Assembly: GCA_003218515.1 (NCBI GenBank)
Contig: QHNT01000055.1
Location: forward strand, 10,644 to 74,643
DNA: 64,000 nucleotides
Source: Verrucomicrobiota bacterium
GTDB taxonomy: Bacteria; Verrucomicrobiota; Verrucomicrobiia; Limisphaerales; AV2
Direction of reading: 5' to 3'
In this document: piece after piece, positions 47,174 to 57,265 of the stretch
How positions within the stretch are numbered: the stretch's first letter is position 1
Layout of the letters: the number at the start of each line of letters is the position of its first letter
Translations under genes and position numbers: made by a program
The notes under the pieces: model-generated
Database searches by the model: none
The model's input: only the letters and a program-made list of their open reading frames with translations
What the model was told of the DNA's origin: nothing

Positions 47174-48520
47174 TCAGGCGCTGACCTCGGAGATGGTATA
47201 ACGGTATTTGCCGGAAGGATGCGGCGGCAAGTCGTCGGGAAATTCAAAATCAACCCGGCAATCCGCCCCCATCACCAGTCGCGCTTTCGCCGCGATGTCC
47301 TCGAGTTCACTCCGGCTCGGGCCGCCGTTCGCCCGGACGCACTTGAACAGGACGTGCTCTTGGGCCTTCTGGACCACCTGAAACTTCCGGACCCAAGGCC
47401 GGAAATAGAGGAGGTGCGTAAAGTATTCTCCGTCGATCAGCGTCTGGTCGCGTGTCCTGAACACGTCCACGCTGCGACCGGACACCCGCTTGAGCACTTG
47501 AGTGCCCGGATGCTCGGCCAGCGTGTCGTCGGGACGCAGCGCGCCGCGATCACCGATCCAGTAGCGGAGCAGCGGCATGGCGTAGTTGGTCAGGCACGTC
47601 ACGACGATGTTGCCTTCCGTGCCCGGCGGCACCGGGCGGCCCGCCTCATCCACGATTTCCACAAAATTGCCCCAGGGCGCGACCCAGAGCCCGTCGAGGC
47701 CCGGCAGTTCACAGGCAATATCACTGACCTCGCGCGAACCATACAGGTTATAGACTTCACATCCGAACACGGTTGCGATCTTCTCGCGCATGAACGGATA
47801 GAGGGTGCCGGCCGAGGTGAGCACGGCCCGCTGCGGCGCGACGGAAATCCGCTCCCCTTCAGCAAACCGCGCCAGTTCATAAGCTGCTTGCACGTAAGCC
47901 ACGATCAGGCGCGGGCGCAGTCGATTCAGCGATTGAATGAACTGCCGCATGCGCTCCGGGGACATGAGAAACGCGTTCAACCAGGTGGTGTTGGTCAGCC
48001 AGTTGAAGAAGCGGGCTTTGCGGGAGTTCGTGCCTCCCTCCAGGTCGCGCTCGGATCCCCAGAGCCGGACAACCGGCTCGCCAACCTCACCACCCAACAG
48101 CCAATTGTAGAACAAGCCGATGGCGGCGCTGCGATCGTCGTATTCACTGTCCTGAACGAGTCGGACAGGTTCGCCAGTCGAACCGCCGGAGGTATTGTAG
48201 GACCACTTTCGGCGTCCAAGATCCGTGGACTGGAGTTTGACGAATTCAGCTCGAATCGTTTCTTTCGTCACGATCGGCAGGCGAAGCAGAAACTCTCTTG
48301 GATCTGCGTCTTCCAGGTGGGTGCTGTCTATGCTCCGAAAACGCTCGACGTAGTACGGCACGGCACCTCGGCAATGCCGTAGCAGCCTGGCTAAGGCACG
48401 CGTCACCGTCTCACGGCCCACTCCGCCCTCATATTCCCGCGAGTACTGCGCAAGCAACGACGGAAAACGATAGCCTCGCAAGGAAGCGTAGGACAGGTAA
48501 GCTGGTTTTCTCCAGTTCAT
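47174..48520 (-). CDS. CapK / phenylacetate-CoA ligase-family adenylate-forming enzyme
   Basis: ...WSYNTSGGSTGEPVRLVQD... (AMP-binding P-loop variant). About 448 aa. Confidence 0.7.
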   Translation of the reverse strand: MNWRKPAYLSYASLRGYRFPSLLAQYSREYEGGVGRETVTRALARLLRHCRGAVPYYVERFRSIDSTHLEDADPREFLLRLPIVTKETIRAEFVKLQSTDLGRRKWSYNTSGGSTGEPVRLVQDSEYDDRSAAIGLFYNWLLGGEVGEPVVRLWGSERDLEGGTNSRKARFFNWLTNTTWLNAFLMSPERMRQFIQSLNRLRPRLIVAYVQAAYELARFAEGERISVAPQRAVLTSAGTLYPFMREKIATVFGCEVYNLYGSREVSDIACELPGLDGLWVAPWGNFVEIVDEAGRPVPPGTEGNIVVTCLTNYAMPLLRYWIGDRGALRPDDTLAEHPGTQVLKRVSGRSVDVFRTRDQTLIDGEYFTHLLYFRPWVRKFQVVQKAQEHVLFKCVRANGGPSRSELEDIAAKARLVMGADCRVDFEFPDDLPPHPSGKYRYTISEVSA

Positions 48521-48544
48521 CCGAAGGTCAACCGCCGGCGTGAG

Positions 48545-50101
48545 TTAAGGTTTCTTGCGAGAGCGGAAGGTCGCATCCCTTACAGTCAACCGTTCCTCAG
48601 GGCTCAGAAGAAGGTAAACGACCGCTGCGTAAAGCAACGCTACCCCCAAGGCCGCTATCCCAAAATCGATCCAGTTCGAAACAACCCAGCGCCACAGAAT
48701 CAGTCTGCACATCCCGATGGTCGCCAACGTTGCCAGGACAATCGGGACAACTGCCCGGAAGAATGTTCCATAAGTCCGATTCAAAACCCGCGCTCCGTAA
48801 AGCGGGGTGAACAGCAGATGCCGGACTGTCAGCGTAATCGCCCCCGCCGCCGCCAGGCCGTAGAGGCCCCAACCGAAGACCCCGGCCAGAAGCAGGGCGA
48901 GCAGCAGATTCCCCACGCCGATCGCGAGCGTCACCACCCCCGGCACTTTCACGCGATTCGCGGCCAACGGCAGAGCGTAGAGCGGGTACATGGAAAGACT
49001 CATACAAAGGTGTATTGCCATCAGAAACAACAACGACGCCAGACTGCCGAAGGCCGGGCCAAGCCATAGCCTCAGCAGCGGTTCCGAAAACCCACAAATC
49101 AACCCGATGCACAGCGCCATCACCAGGCCGACGAACTTGATCGCGCGATTCAAATAAACCACGAGGCCGTCGATATCCCCTCGGGCATAAATGTGATACA
49201 TGGTCGGCGCGAAGATTCCTCCCACCGCACTGGCGAGCGAGCGAAGCAAGGTCGGCAGTGCCAGGACCGCGGCGTATCGACCCCCTTGCTCCGGGCCAAA
49301 CATGCGGTTGGCCAACAGCAGATCAATGTTCAAATACAACATGACCCCGAGCTGACTGATAAGGACCCAGCCACCGGTGCTGCACAGGTTCCTGAACATG
49401 GTCCAATCGAACTGACCCAGGCTGATCCTGAGACTTGGGGTGAGCACTTTCCACAGCCAGACCATGCCCACGGTTGAAACCATCGTCCCGGCGAGTATGG
49501 CCGTGCCGACGTATTCGATCCTGGGCGTGAAGATGCAGAACAGGAAAACTACCAGGCCCACGCGTGCGAGCGTTTCGCTGGCTGCCACGAGGTTCAGCAG
49601 GTCAAGCCGGTTGCGGCAAAAGGAGGAAACACCGAACGGTGTTTTGACCTGGTTTAACAGGAACGCGGCAACCATGCCGACAAAAAGCCACCGGGTCGGA
49701 GCTTCATATCCCGGGGGAATCCGCAGGATGTGGTCCACCTGCGCGATGGCAGCGGCTGCGGGAATCACCAGCAAAGCGCTGAGCGCGAGATTGCCCCAGA
49801 GCGAAACGTTGAAGATCAGATTCGCGTTTTCGTGATCCTTCCGCTCCAACGCGATTGTCAGGTATCTGGCCACCGCCGAATCAAGCCCAAAGGTGATGAG
49901 GGCCATATACGAAGTCACCAGCGAAGTGAGCGGAATCAGCCCATAAACGGCTGGACCCAGGTGCCTGACCAGAAACGGCACGTACAAAACCCCCACCACC
50001 ATGCTCAACCCGAGGTTTCCGACATTGGCAACCAGGTTGAGCGCAAACCGTCGGGATTGAACCGGGCGAATTGCCTGGATCGTGGCTGCTTCGGCGCTCA
50101 T
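48545..50101 (-). CDS. MOP-superfamily polysaccharide flippase (Wzx-like)
   Basis: 518 aa with about 14 hydrophobic segments. Lies next to the chain-length/kinase gene. Confidence 0.7.
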   Translation of the reverse strand: MSAEAATIQAIRPVQSRRFALNLVANVGNLGLSMVVGVLYVPFLVRHLGPAVYGLIPLTSLVTSYMALITFGLDSAVARYLTIALERKDHENANLIFNVSLWGNLALSALLVIPAAAAIAQVDHILRIPPGYEAPTRWLFVGMVAAFLLNQVKTPFGVSSFCRNRLDLLNLVAASETLARVGLVVFLFCIFTPRIEYVGTAILAGTMVSTVGMVWLWKVLTPSLRISLGQFDWTMFRNLCSTGGWVLISQLGVMLYLNIDLLLANRMFGPEQGGRYAAVLALPTLLRSLASAVGGIFAPTMYHIYARGDIDGLVVYLNRAIKFVGLVMALCIGLICGFSEPLLRLWLGPAFGSLASLLFLMAIHLCMSLSMYPLYALPLAANRVKVPGVVTLAIGVGNLLLALLLAGVFGWGLYGLAAAGAITLTVRHLLFTPLYGARVLNRTYGTFFRAVVPIVLATLATIGMCRLILWRWVVSNWIDFGIAALGVALLYAAVVYLLLSPEERLTVRDATFRSRKKP

Positions 50102-50131
50102 CAGAAACTCACTCTCATTCTTTAGCAGGAC

Positions 50132-52420
50132 TTAGCCGCCGGTGGCGTCGGGAGCGGAGTGGCCCGCCAGCGCGGTTGCGCGTCTGGTCTCCTTGGGTTC
50201 CCAACGATAGGCGCGCCGATAACGCTGATAATAATCATGCCCGTAAGGCGAGGAAGCTGCGCGGTTGAAAATCAGACCCAACACATGGACGTGACGCTGC
50301 CGTAATGCATCCAAAGCTCCGCGCGCCATTCGCGCCGAAGTGAACGACCCGCGCACCACGAACAGGACGCCATCCACTTTAGGTGCCAGGCTCGCCGCAT
50401 CGTCGGTCGCCAATACCGGAGGTGTGTCCACCAGAATGTAGTCAAACTGCGGTTTAGCTTCAGCCAGAAAGCCCGGCCAGACCTGGCTCAACACCAGTTC
50501 GCCGGGATTTCGATTTGCTTCGCCGGCCGGCAGCAGCGCCAGATTTTCCAACCCGGTGGGAACAATCGCCTCCGCGAAGGAAATTTCCTCGTTAAGAATC
50601 TCCGCCAGGCCGGGACGGGGGGCTGTGCCAAAAAACGTGTGCAAAGTCGCCCGGCGCAGGTCCGCGTCAATGAGGAGCACACGCGAGTTGGCCCTGGCCA
50701 GCGTGGCGGCCAGATAAAGCGCGACCGTCGATTTGCCTTCCTCAGGGACCGAACTGGCGACGATAATCGTTTTCGGTTTCGTTCCCCCATTGCTCATGAA
50801 CAGGAGCGAGGAGCGGATGCTGCGGAAGGCCTCCAGAAACTCGAAGCGCTGCTTTTCCAGCGCTTCGACGCCGAGCTGGCGTCTGGGTTTCTTGATGGAG
50901 ATGGCGGGGATTTGACCCACCACTTCCTCGCAAAGCTGGTTGGTCAGTTCCGCCAGCGAGGCAAAGTCATCCTGAAACAAACCGATACAATAGAGTAATC
51001 CGAAACCCAGGAGCAGAGAGCCGATCAGTGCGATCGCCATGTTTCTGAGCACCCGATGGGTCGGCGTCGCCACCGACGCCGGTTCCAGAATACCGACATT
51101 CTCCTGCTCCACCTTTTTGCTCACATCCACCGTCTGGATGAGAGTCAACGTTTTGTCGTAAGCGGTCTGGAGCCGCTGCAGATTTTGGCGGATTTGTTCG
51201 TAATCAGCCATTTTGCGGCTGGACTCGATGGCTTTGGCATCCCATTCCTTGAACGCGGCTTCCAAATTTTGGACCTGCAACTCGATGGCCTGACGCCGAT
51301 GAGCCAGTTGTTTCAGCGCTTCGTCCCGCGAGATTTGAACCAGTTTCTCCTGAGTCGCGATCTGTTCGTTTAGTTTTAAGATTTTCGGATGTAACGGGCG
51401 CAGGAAACGGGAAAGCTCATCACGCTTGGCCTTGAGCAACTGCATTTGTTGGTTCGCCTTGAACAATTCGAGCTGCGGCTCCGCCAGGCTTGCCAACATC
51501 TCTTTCTCAGTGGCTGGGTCCGGCAAAGATTCACCGGCTGGCACGCCTTTGTGGCCGGTTTCGATCCACTGCTCAGGCTGGAGCGACTGCAGCAGTCTCA
51601 GCTCGGTGCGCAGAGTGGCGAGCTGCTTGTTCAGCGAGGCCAGATAGCTTCCGGCGCTGTTCCCTTGCTCCTGCAGAAACACGACGTTGTTCGACGCCTG
51701 GAAAGCGTGCAATTTCTCCTGCTGAGCCTCCAACTCACCCTTCAACTGTGTCACCTCGGCGCCCAGGGATGTCGCGGTCCGGTCGGAAGTCTTCTCCCGA
51801 GATTCTTTTTTGAAGCTCAGATACTCCTCCATCAGGCAGTTAAGAAAGGCCCGGGTCGAGGCGGGCTCTGCTCCGATGGCCCGCAGCTCCAGAGTGCTGC
51901 TTTTGGCGCCTTCCAGAACTTTGACGTCGAACGGAAACCGCGGCGGCGCATTGCTGCTGGAGGTAGAGCCGGATGCAAACAGCCTCTTGCAAAGCGCCTT
52001 GGGCTTGTGGAGCAGTTCTGATTGCCTTCCACCGCCATCGAGGAGCACAGCAAGGTCGGGATTGAGTTCCGAGCGCAACCTGGCCAGTGCGCGGCCCTGA
52101 ATCGCCGGGCTGCGCAGCAATTCCGCCTGGGTCCCAAGAAAATTGATCAACTCTTCCGTATAGAGCCGGCCCTCGTAGATATCGAGTCGGCCGGTCAGCC
52201 ACATCCGGGCCTTCGACTCATAGGCGGGCAGAGAATTGAAGCTCAGGACACCGACCGGCCCCAGCACCAAAACCAGGATCAAAACAATCACCCACCAGTA
52301 CCGGCCCAGCAGAAGCCACCACCGATGCAGCCGTCCATACAGCCTTGAGGCCGAAACGAACCTGTCCGCAGGGGCGAACAAATCCACTGCCGCAGCGTTA
52401 GGGTGGTTGTTGTTGTTCAT
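50132..52420 (-). CDS. Polysaccharide co-polymerase with C-terminal BY-tyrosine kinase (Wzc/GumC/EpsA-B-like)
   Basis: N-terminal TM segment, long coiled-coil periplasmic region and a second TM segment. Walker A SVPEEGKST, A' LLIDADLRR, B YILVDTPP, and a Tyr-rich tail PYGHDYYQRYRRAYRW. Confidence 0.85.
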   Translation of the reverse strand: MNNNNHPNAAAVDLFAPADRFVSASRLYGRLHRWWLLLGRYWWVIVLILVLVLGPVGVLSFNSLPAYESKARMWLTGRLDIYEGRLYTEELINFLGTQAELLRSPAIQGRALARLRSELNPDLAVLLDGGGRQSELLHKPKALCKRLFASGSTSSSNAPPRFPFDVKVLEGAKSSTLELRAIGAEPASTRAFLNCLMEEYLSFKKESREKTSDRTATSLGAEVTQLKGELEAQQEKLHAFQASNNVVFLQEQGNSAGSYLASLNKQLATLRTELRLLQSLQPEQWIETGHKGVPAGESLPDPATEKEMLASLAEPQLELFKANQQMQLLKAKRDELSRFLRPLHPKILKLNEQIATQEKLVQISRDEALKQLAHRRQAIELQVQNLEAAFKEWDAKAIESSRKMADYEQIRQNLQRLQTAYDKTLTLIQTVDVSKKVEQENVGILEPASVATPTHRVLRNMAIALIGSLLLGFGLLYCIGLFQDDFASLAELTNQLCEEVVGQIPAISIKKPRRQLGVEALEKQRFEFLEAFRSIRSSLLFMSNGGTKPKTIIVASSVPEEGKSTVALYLAATLARANSRVLLIDADLRRATLHTFFGTAPRPGLAEILNEEISFAEAIVPTGLENLALLPAGEANRNPGELVLSQVWPGFLAEAKPQFDYILVDTPPVLATDDAASLAPKVDGVLFVVRGSFTSARMARGALDALRQRHVHVLGLIFNRAASSPYGHDYYQRYRRAYRWEPKETRRATALAGHSAPDATGG

Positions 52421-52432
52421 CGAGCTCTCCCA

Positions 52433-53077
52433 TCAATAATTCACCAGCCGGGCGGGTACAACGATCAAATCGTCCGGCTGAACCACCAGGTCTTTATCCA
52501 GATTCCCCTTCTCCCAAATATCAACGACGTTGATGACAAAAGTCTGCTTCCCGTTGGCGGTCTTGCGGATCAACCGCACGTTCTTCTTGTCGGAAAAGTC
52601 GCTGAACCCACCGGCGCTCAAAATCGCCTTGCTGACGGTGAGGGTCTCGCCTCCGGGAATTTCAAAGCCACCCCGGTTGCGCACCTGGCCGGTAACATAG
52701 ACCTTGCCGGAAACCCGCGTCTTGTTCACTACCTCAATGGCGATGATCACCGTCGCTTGATAATAAAGTTGCTTCTCTAAAAGGCCTTTGACTTCCTTCG
52801 CGAGCTGCAGACTGGTTTTGCCCGCAGCGTGAACCAGCCCAAGGTAGGGCACTTCCAGATCGCCCGAATCGGTTATCGTCAGGGAGCGAGGGTCGTCCTG
52901 GTCCTCGATCACGCGGTAAGTGACACGGTCGCCAGGCCCCAGCTTCTGGCGATCGTCCAGCAAAGTTATTGGCCTGGCAGCGTCCGGGAGCACCAGGCTG
53001 TTGGTTTCCTTCGTCTCGGCGCTGGCAAGATGCACGCCGAAACAAATAGCCATCAAAATAAGGGATCGCCTTTTCAT
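52433..53077 (-). CDS. Polysaccharide export protein (Wza-like; Poly_export + SLBB)
   Basis: ATG at 53077 gives the signal peptide MKRRSLILMAICFGVHLASA. ...LGPGDRVTYRV...LEVPYLGLVHAAGKT...VYVTGQVRNRG... Confidence 0.8.
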   Translation of the reverse strand: MKRRSLILMAICFGVHLASAETKETNSLVLPDAARPITLLDDRQKLGPGDRVTYRVIEDQDDPRSLTITDSGDLEVPYLGLVHAAGKTSLQLAKEVKGLLEKQLYYQATVIIAIEVVNKTRVSGKVYVTGQVRNRGGFEIPGGETLTVSKAILSAGGFSDFSDKKNVRLIRKTANGKQTFVINVVDIWEKGNLDKDLVVQPDDLIVVPARLVNY

Positions 53078-53181
53078 GATCTTAAAGACGCTTCGGAATT
53101 TTCGTGGAGAGCCTTCTCGGCCATATTTCCGACGACAACGGACCACACGTCTCCGGCTGAGGAGCGACCAAACCCTGCTTT

Positions 53182-54480
53182 TCAATAGCTGAAGGCCAAA
53201 TCCCAGGAGAGCCGATTCCGAGCAAAATCTCGCGACGGGAAGTCCGACTCTTTCAGGTAGAAATCATATCCCAGGTCTGTCCGCCAGTACTTGTGGAACT
53301 GATAGCCAATCGTCAGGCCGGCGCGATAATAGGTGAATTTTTCACTAAAGGCCCCGCCGAATTCCTCTGCGAAATTGATGGATAAATTCGCTCCCAGGTC
53401 CACATGGTTGAGGACGGGCGAGGAAATCGAGTAGCGAACGCGGGTTGTCCTCAAGTTGTTCGCGTTGTCGCCAAGCAGATGCTCCCGCGCGGCCGTCAGC
53501 GCATGGGTGAACAAACGTGTTTCCTGCTGGATTCTCACATACACATAGTACGTCTCAAAATTGCCGTCAGCACCAGCGGCATCAAAACGGGCCGTATCGA
53601 AACCGCCCCCGGCCCGCAGGCCGATTTTCTCTTCGGAGTTGACTTCCACAAACGGCCCCACCCTGGCCCTCCAATTGTTATTGAGCACAGTTTCCCGCCC
53701 GTAATCGTGCCGACTCGCTTGCGCTTCCAAACCGGTTTGCGCGTTGTCGCCGATCCGCAATGACGCGCTGGCTCTAAACCATTCTGAAGCCCGATTCAGG
53801 TAGTCAAACTGCGTCGTCACGGGGATGAAATTCTCATGGTCGTACCCCGCTGAGAAAACGACCTTATTGAGGTCCCAATCGACGTTCAGCCCGGCCAGAT
53901 TGTCCCAGCGGGAGAACTTGCCCACATCATTGAAATTGAAGAACAGCTCGTTCGCGCCAGGGAACGAGTTGAAGAACAGGCTCTCCTGATAAGAGAACTT
54001 CTCGTGCAATTTGATTCGAAAATCACCCACGAAGACATTGAACCCCAGTTCTGAATCCGGGTTAATCAGCGGTGCACCGCTGTTCAGGATCGTGTTGTTC
54101 AGATACCATTCATAGCCCAGGCCAAGGGACAGCCTCAGCGTGTTGAGTTCGGTGATCGGCCATAACGCCCGCAGATCAACTTCCGGGTTGACCAGAAAAT
54201 CCGCTTTCCGATTCTTTTCAGAGTAAAAGACGTTGTCCGTGTACCCCAGGCCCACGCTGCCCTGGGTTTGGAAGCGGACAGGACCGTACTTCAGATTATA
54301 CTCCTCAGCCGCAATCGACTTTTTCAGTGCCTGCGCCGCTTCCTCTCCGGCCAGCGACCCGCGAGTTTGGGCCTGTCCGACCGGTCCCGAAAATACGCAA
54401 CCGCAGGCAACGAAAACCCGCAGACATGCGAAATCGGTCAATGATCGAAAGCCGCTGCCGGGCAGGATCGTTTTGTCCAT
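53182..54480 (-). CDS. Outer-membrane beta-barrel protein of the EPS locus
   Basis: ATG at 54480. Signal-like N-terminus, alternating amphipathic pattern, and the C-terminal ...LSWDLAFSY with a terminal aromatic residue. Confidence 0.6.
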   Translation of the reverse strand: MDKTILPGSGFRSLTDFACLRVFVACGCVFSGPVGQAQTRGSLAGEEAAQALKKSIAAEEYNLKYGPVRFQTQGSVGLGYTDNVFYSEKNRKADFLVNPEVDLRALWPITELNTLRLSLGLGYEWYLNNTILNSGAPLINPDSELGFNVFVGDFRIKLHEKFSYQESLFFNSFPGANELFFNFNDVGKFSRWDNLAGLNVDWDLNKVVFSAGYDHENFIPVTTQFDYLNRASEWFRASASLRIGDNAQTGLEAQASRHDYGRETVLNNNWRARVGPFVEVNSEEKIGLRAGGGFDTARFDAAGADGNFETYYVYVRIQQETRLFTHALTAAREHLLGDNANNLRTTRVRYSISSPVLNHVDLGANLSINFAEEFGGAFSEKFTYYRAGLTIGYQFHKYWRTDLGYDFYLKESDFPSRDFARNRLSWDLAFSY

Positions 54481-54686
54481 GAATCGTCCCCTTGTCCTCG
54501 TCGTCGTCCTCGTTCTCGGTCGGTGAACCTGGTTTCGAACGCGAGGAGCAATATGAGGACAATCCGGTTCATGGTCGGTGAGCAGGTCCAAACGGAACAG
54601 GAGCCTTTCCATCAATCCGCAGGCGGTGCTCAGTCGATGCTTCTTAATCGAAAGCACCCAGTTTGGCCTGTGCGAAAGACCGGGCG

Positions 54687-56387
54687 CTATGGGGCGGCTC
54701 GCAACCGGTAAAACCGGGCGCCCTGCGAAATGGAATTCGTCACTACGTATTGACCGCCGACGACGACAGGGGTGCTGAGATCATCCGTCCAGGCGCTGTT
54801 GGGGGACAAGCTCTCCGTGAATTGCAAGACCCACTTGCCGGAGTTCGTCGGCCAGGAGATCTGCGCTTGACCATCCACCGCCGCGGCTTGCAGACGGACC
54901 GAACCGGGCAGCAGGATAAAGACGTTGAAAGTCGGCCCGGTTGGCGGCGGGGTGAGCAAGGGACCGTTGGGGACGGCTACTTTCAAGCCTGTCATTGGAA
55001 GGTCCAGCGGCTGGCCGTCAAAGACGCCGCTCAACACCGGCGGAGCGAAGAAATCCTGAGCGTTTCGCACTTCGTAAGCCGCGCCTGGCGCCAAGGTCGA
55101 GCTGACATCAACGGTCACGTCGCTCAGTTTGTCCCAGTTGTAAACAATAATGTTCGCCCGCCCTGCCTCATACCGGTTGGGCCGCACAAAGACCTTCGTG
55201 CCGGTGAGCTTGGCCACGCTGTAGGTGCTGTGGCTGTCATAGCCCGTGTCGCCCTGCCAATCATAAAAGCCGTACTCGGTCGAATTTCCCAGGAAATCCC
55301 CGCCCGCTCCCGAACGCGAGTAACTGTTGTCATTCCAGGCGGTCGCCAACGGGACCTGCGTCTGGTTCAAATTGACGATGTAACTCGAGCTTTGCGCCGC
55401 GAACAGATTCCCGGCCACCGCGGCAATGGTCCAGTTGTTCATCACCAGCCCCTGCGGCAGGTAGTTGTTCAGGAGAGCCACGCTGCCGTTCACCCCTTCA
55501 CGACCGATCTGCACCTGCTCGAGTGCGCCCGATCCCGCCGCGTAGTAACCCATGTTGTTCTTCAAAATAATGCCGTCCGCGCCCACCGCCGGAGCGTCCA
55601 CCCCAACGATCCAGTCTCGATAGGTCCGCACCGCCTGGATCGCCCCTGCATTGAAGGCCACGTTGCCGTCCAGCGTGATTCCCACCAGGCGCATGTTGGT
55701 GGCGTTTTCATAAATCTGAAAATTGGCCCCCGATGCGTTGAAGGCCATATTGTCCGTTATCTCTCTCGTCCCCCGGTTGCTTTGAACGTAAAAGTTGTGA
55801 CCCTCAGCGTTGTCGGGCGAAGCCCAGCCGTTATTGTAAACCAGACACCCATACACAAGATTGTTCGTCGCGTATTCCGAAATGTAGAAACCGTGGCGGG
55901 TCTGATCATGAACCACGAGATTGATGAAGCTCATATTCGGCACATAAGACGCGACTCCGGGAATGATCTTGATGTCGGTCGGATCGAACCCGGCGCCGAT
56001 TTGAGCGCTGAGGCGGTTCGTGTCCGAGCGGTACAGTTCAAAATCTCTGAGGACCACATTTCCCGCGCTGGAATAGAAGGTCAGCGAACCGTCAACGCGC
56101 GCCCTCTCTCCAGGCATTTGGCGGAACGTGATCGGCTGTCCGGGCGCTCCTTCGATTTTGGTGTCGATGTGTCCAATCACATAGTTGCCGCCGCTCAACC
56201 AGACCGTATCACCCGCTTGTCCCGCTTGGCCTGACAGCGCCGTCGCCAGGTCGTACGGTTGCGCCATCGTCCCGGGACCCAGGGGAGTTCCGTCGGGGGA
56301 AACATACAAATCATTCCCCAGGATCCCGAGCGGAATGAGCAGAACGCAGAGAACGCATAAGCGCACGGCGAGGGCAGCGTGGACCAT
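54687..56387 (-). CDS. Secreted right-handed parallel beta-helix protein (candidate EPS lyase/epimerase) with C-terminal ...RFYRL tail domain
   Basis: ATG at 56387 gives a signal-like MVHAALAVRLCVLCVLLIPLG. DLYVSPDGTPLGPGTMAQPY... plus repeated N/G-rich beta-helix turns. Tail is ...ISWPTNSGKWVLQFTESLSPNSAW...GARFYRLRAAP. Confidence 0.7.
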   Translation of the reverse strand: MVHAALAVRLCVLCVLLIPLGILGNDLYVSPDGTPLGPGTMAQPYDLATALSGQAGQAGDTVWLSGGNYVIGHIDTKIEGAPGQPITFRQMPGERARVDGSLTFYSSAGNVVLRDFELYRSDTNRLSAQIGAGFDPTDIKIIPGVASYVPNMSFINLVVHDQTRHGFYISEYATNNLVYGCLVYNNGWASPDNAEGHNFYVQSNRGTREITDNMAFNASGANFQIYENATNMRLVGITLDGNVAFNAGAIQAVRTYRDWIVGVDAPAVGADGIILKNNMGYYAAGSGALEQVQIGREGVNGSVALLNNYLPQGLVMNNWTIAAVAGNLFAAQSSSYIVNLNQTQVPLATAWNDNSYSRSGAGGDFLGNSTEYGFYDWQGDTGYDSHSTYSVAKLTGTKVFVRPNRYEAGRANIIVYNWDKLSDVTVDVSSTLAPGAAYEVRNAQDFFAPPVLSGVFDGQPLDLPMTGLKVAVPNGPLLTPPPTGPTFNVFILLPGSVRLQAAAVDGQAQISWPTNSGKWVLQFTESLSPNSAWTDDLSTPVVVGGQYVVTNSISQGARFYRLRAAP

Positions 56388-56638
56388 GGTCACGTCCGTA
56401 GTTGAATAGAATCGGAGCAACATTGACCTGCCGGACGCAGCCTCGAGCCTTCGATCGGACGCCGACCAGAAGTTCCGGTCTATCCTCTTTCAGCAAAAGC
56501 TCTGGTGGCTCAGAATCGAAGCGAAACGCCGCGATCCTGAATTGACGCGTTAAGAGCCATCCCCAGCTCTTCTACACTCAACCGTCGTTGACCACCGGAC
56601 TCGTCCGCGGGCCATCCACTAAAGCCATATTCGCGCTG

Positions 56639-57265
56639 TCAAGCGGCAACTACTCCGGTCGGTAAAACCGGGTTCTGAACCATCGGCTCGTCCACGGAAA
56701 CCGATTCAACCCGCCGGAGCGCGATCCCGGCGGCACTCCGCCTGTTAAACAGCACGAAGTTCAGACTCAGTTCGGCAGGCACCGAGCGGCCCATAACGTC
56801 CACGAGAATTCGCGCTCGCTGTTTACCCGGCAGGACGTGTGTGACCAACGCCTTCGTGCCGACAAACGGCCCGGTGGCAATTTCTACTTCCTCTCCTTCC
56901 AAAGGAGCGTCCGTTAATACCGTGGAACCAAGTTCGCTCAGGCCTTGCCGCAAGTCCTCAATCACCCCGTCCGGTATTTCCGGCATCCGATCGCCAAATC
57001 GCAGCACCACCTTGACTGCCGGAGTGTACCTGACCTTCTCCAGCATGGACTTCAAAGCGAAGCGAGCGAACAGGTAATTGGGAAACAGAGATTCCGTGCT
57101 CCATCTACGGCCACGCCGCGTCGAGCGCAAAAGCCGCAGTTGCGGATTGAACACTTCCACGCCACGAATCTGCCGCAAATGGGCTGCGGCAATGTGCTCA
57201 CGCTTCATATGCGTACGGATGCATCGCCAGGCTTCGTCGGCTCGACAAGTGCAAAGCTCCGCCAT
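56639..57265 (-). CDS. NusG/RfaH/UpxY-family transcription antiterminator paralog (NGN + KOW)
   Basis: ...WRCIRTHMKREHIAAAHLRQIRGVEVFNPQ...SLFPNYLFARF...YTPAVKVVLRFGD (NGN), then GEEVEIATGPFVGTKALVTHV (KOW). Alternative starts are at 57286 and 57328. Confidence 0.75.
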   Translation of the reverse strand: MAELCTCRADEAWRCIRTHMKREHIAAAHLRQIRGVEVFNPQLRLLRSTRRGRRWSTESLFPNYLFARFALKSMLEKVRYTPAVKVVLRFGDRMPEIPDGVIEDLRQGLSELGSTVLTDAPLEGEEVEIATGPFVGTKALVTHVLPGKQRARILVDVMGRSVPAELSLNFVLFNRRSAAGIALRRVESVSVDEPMVQNPVLPTGVVAA

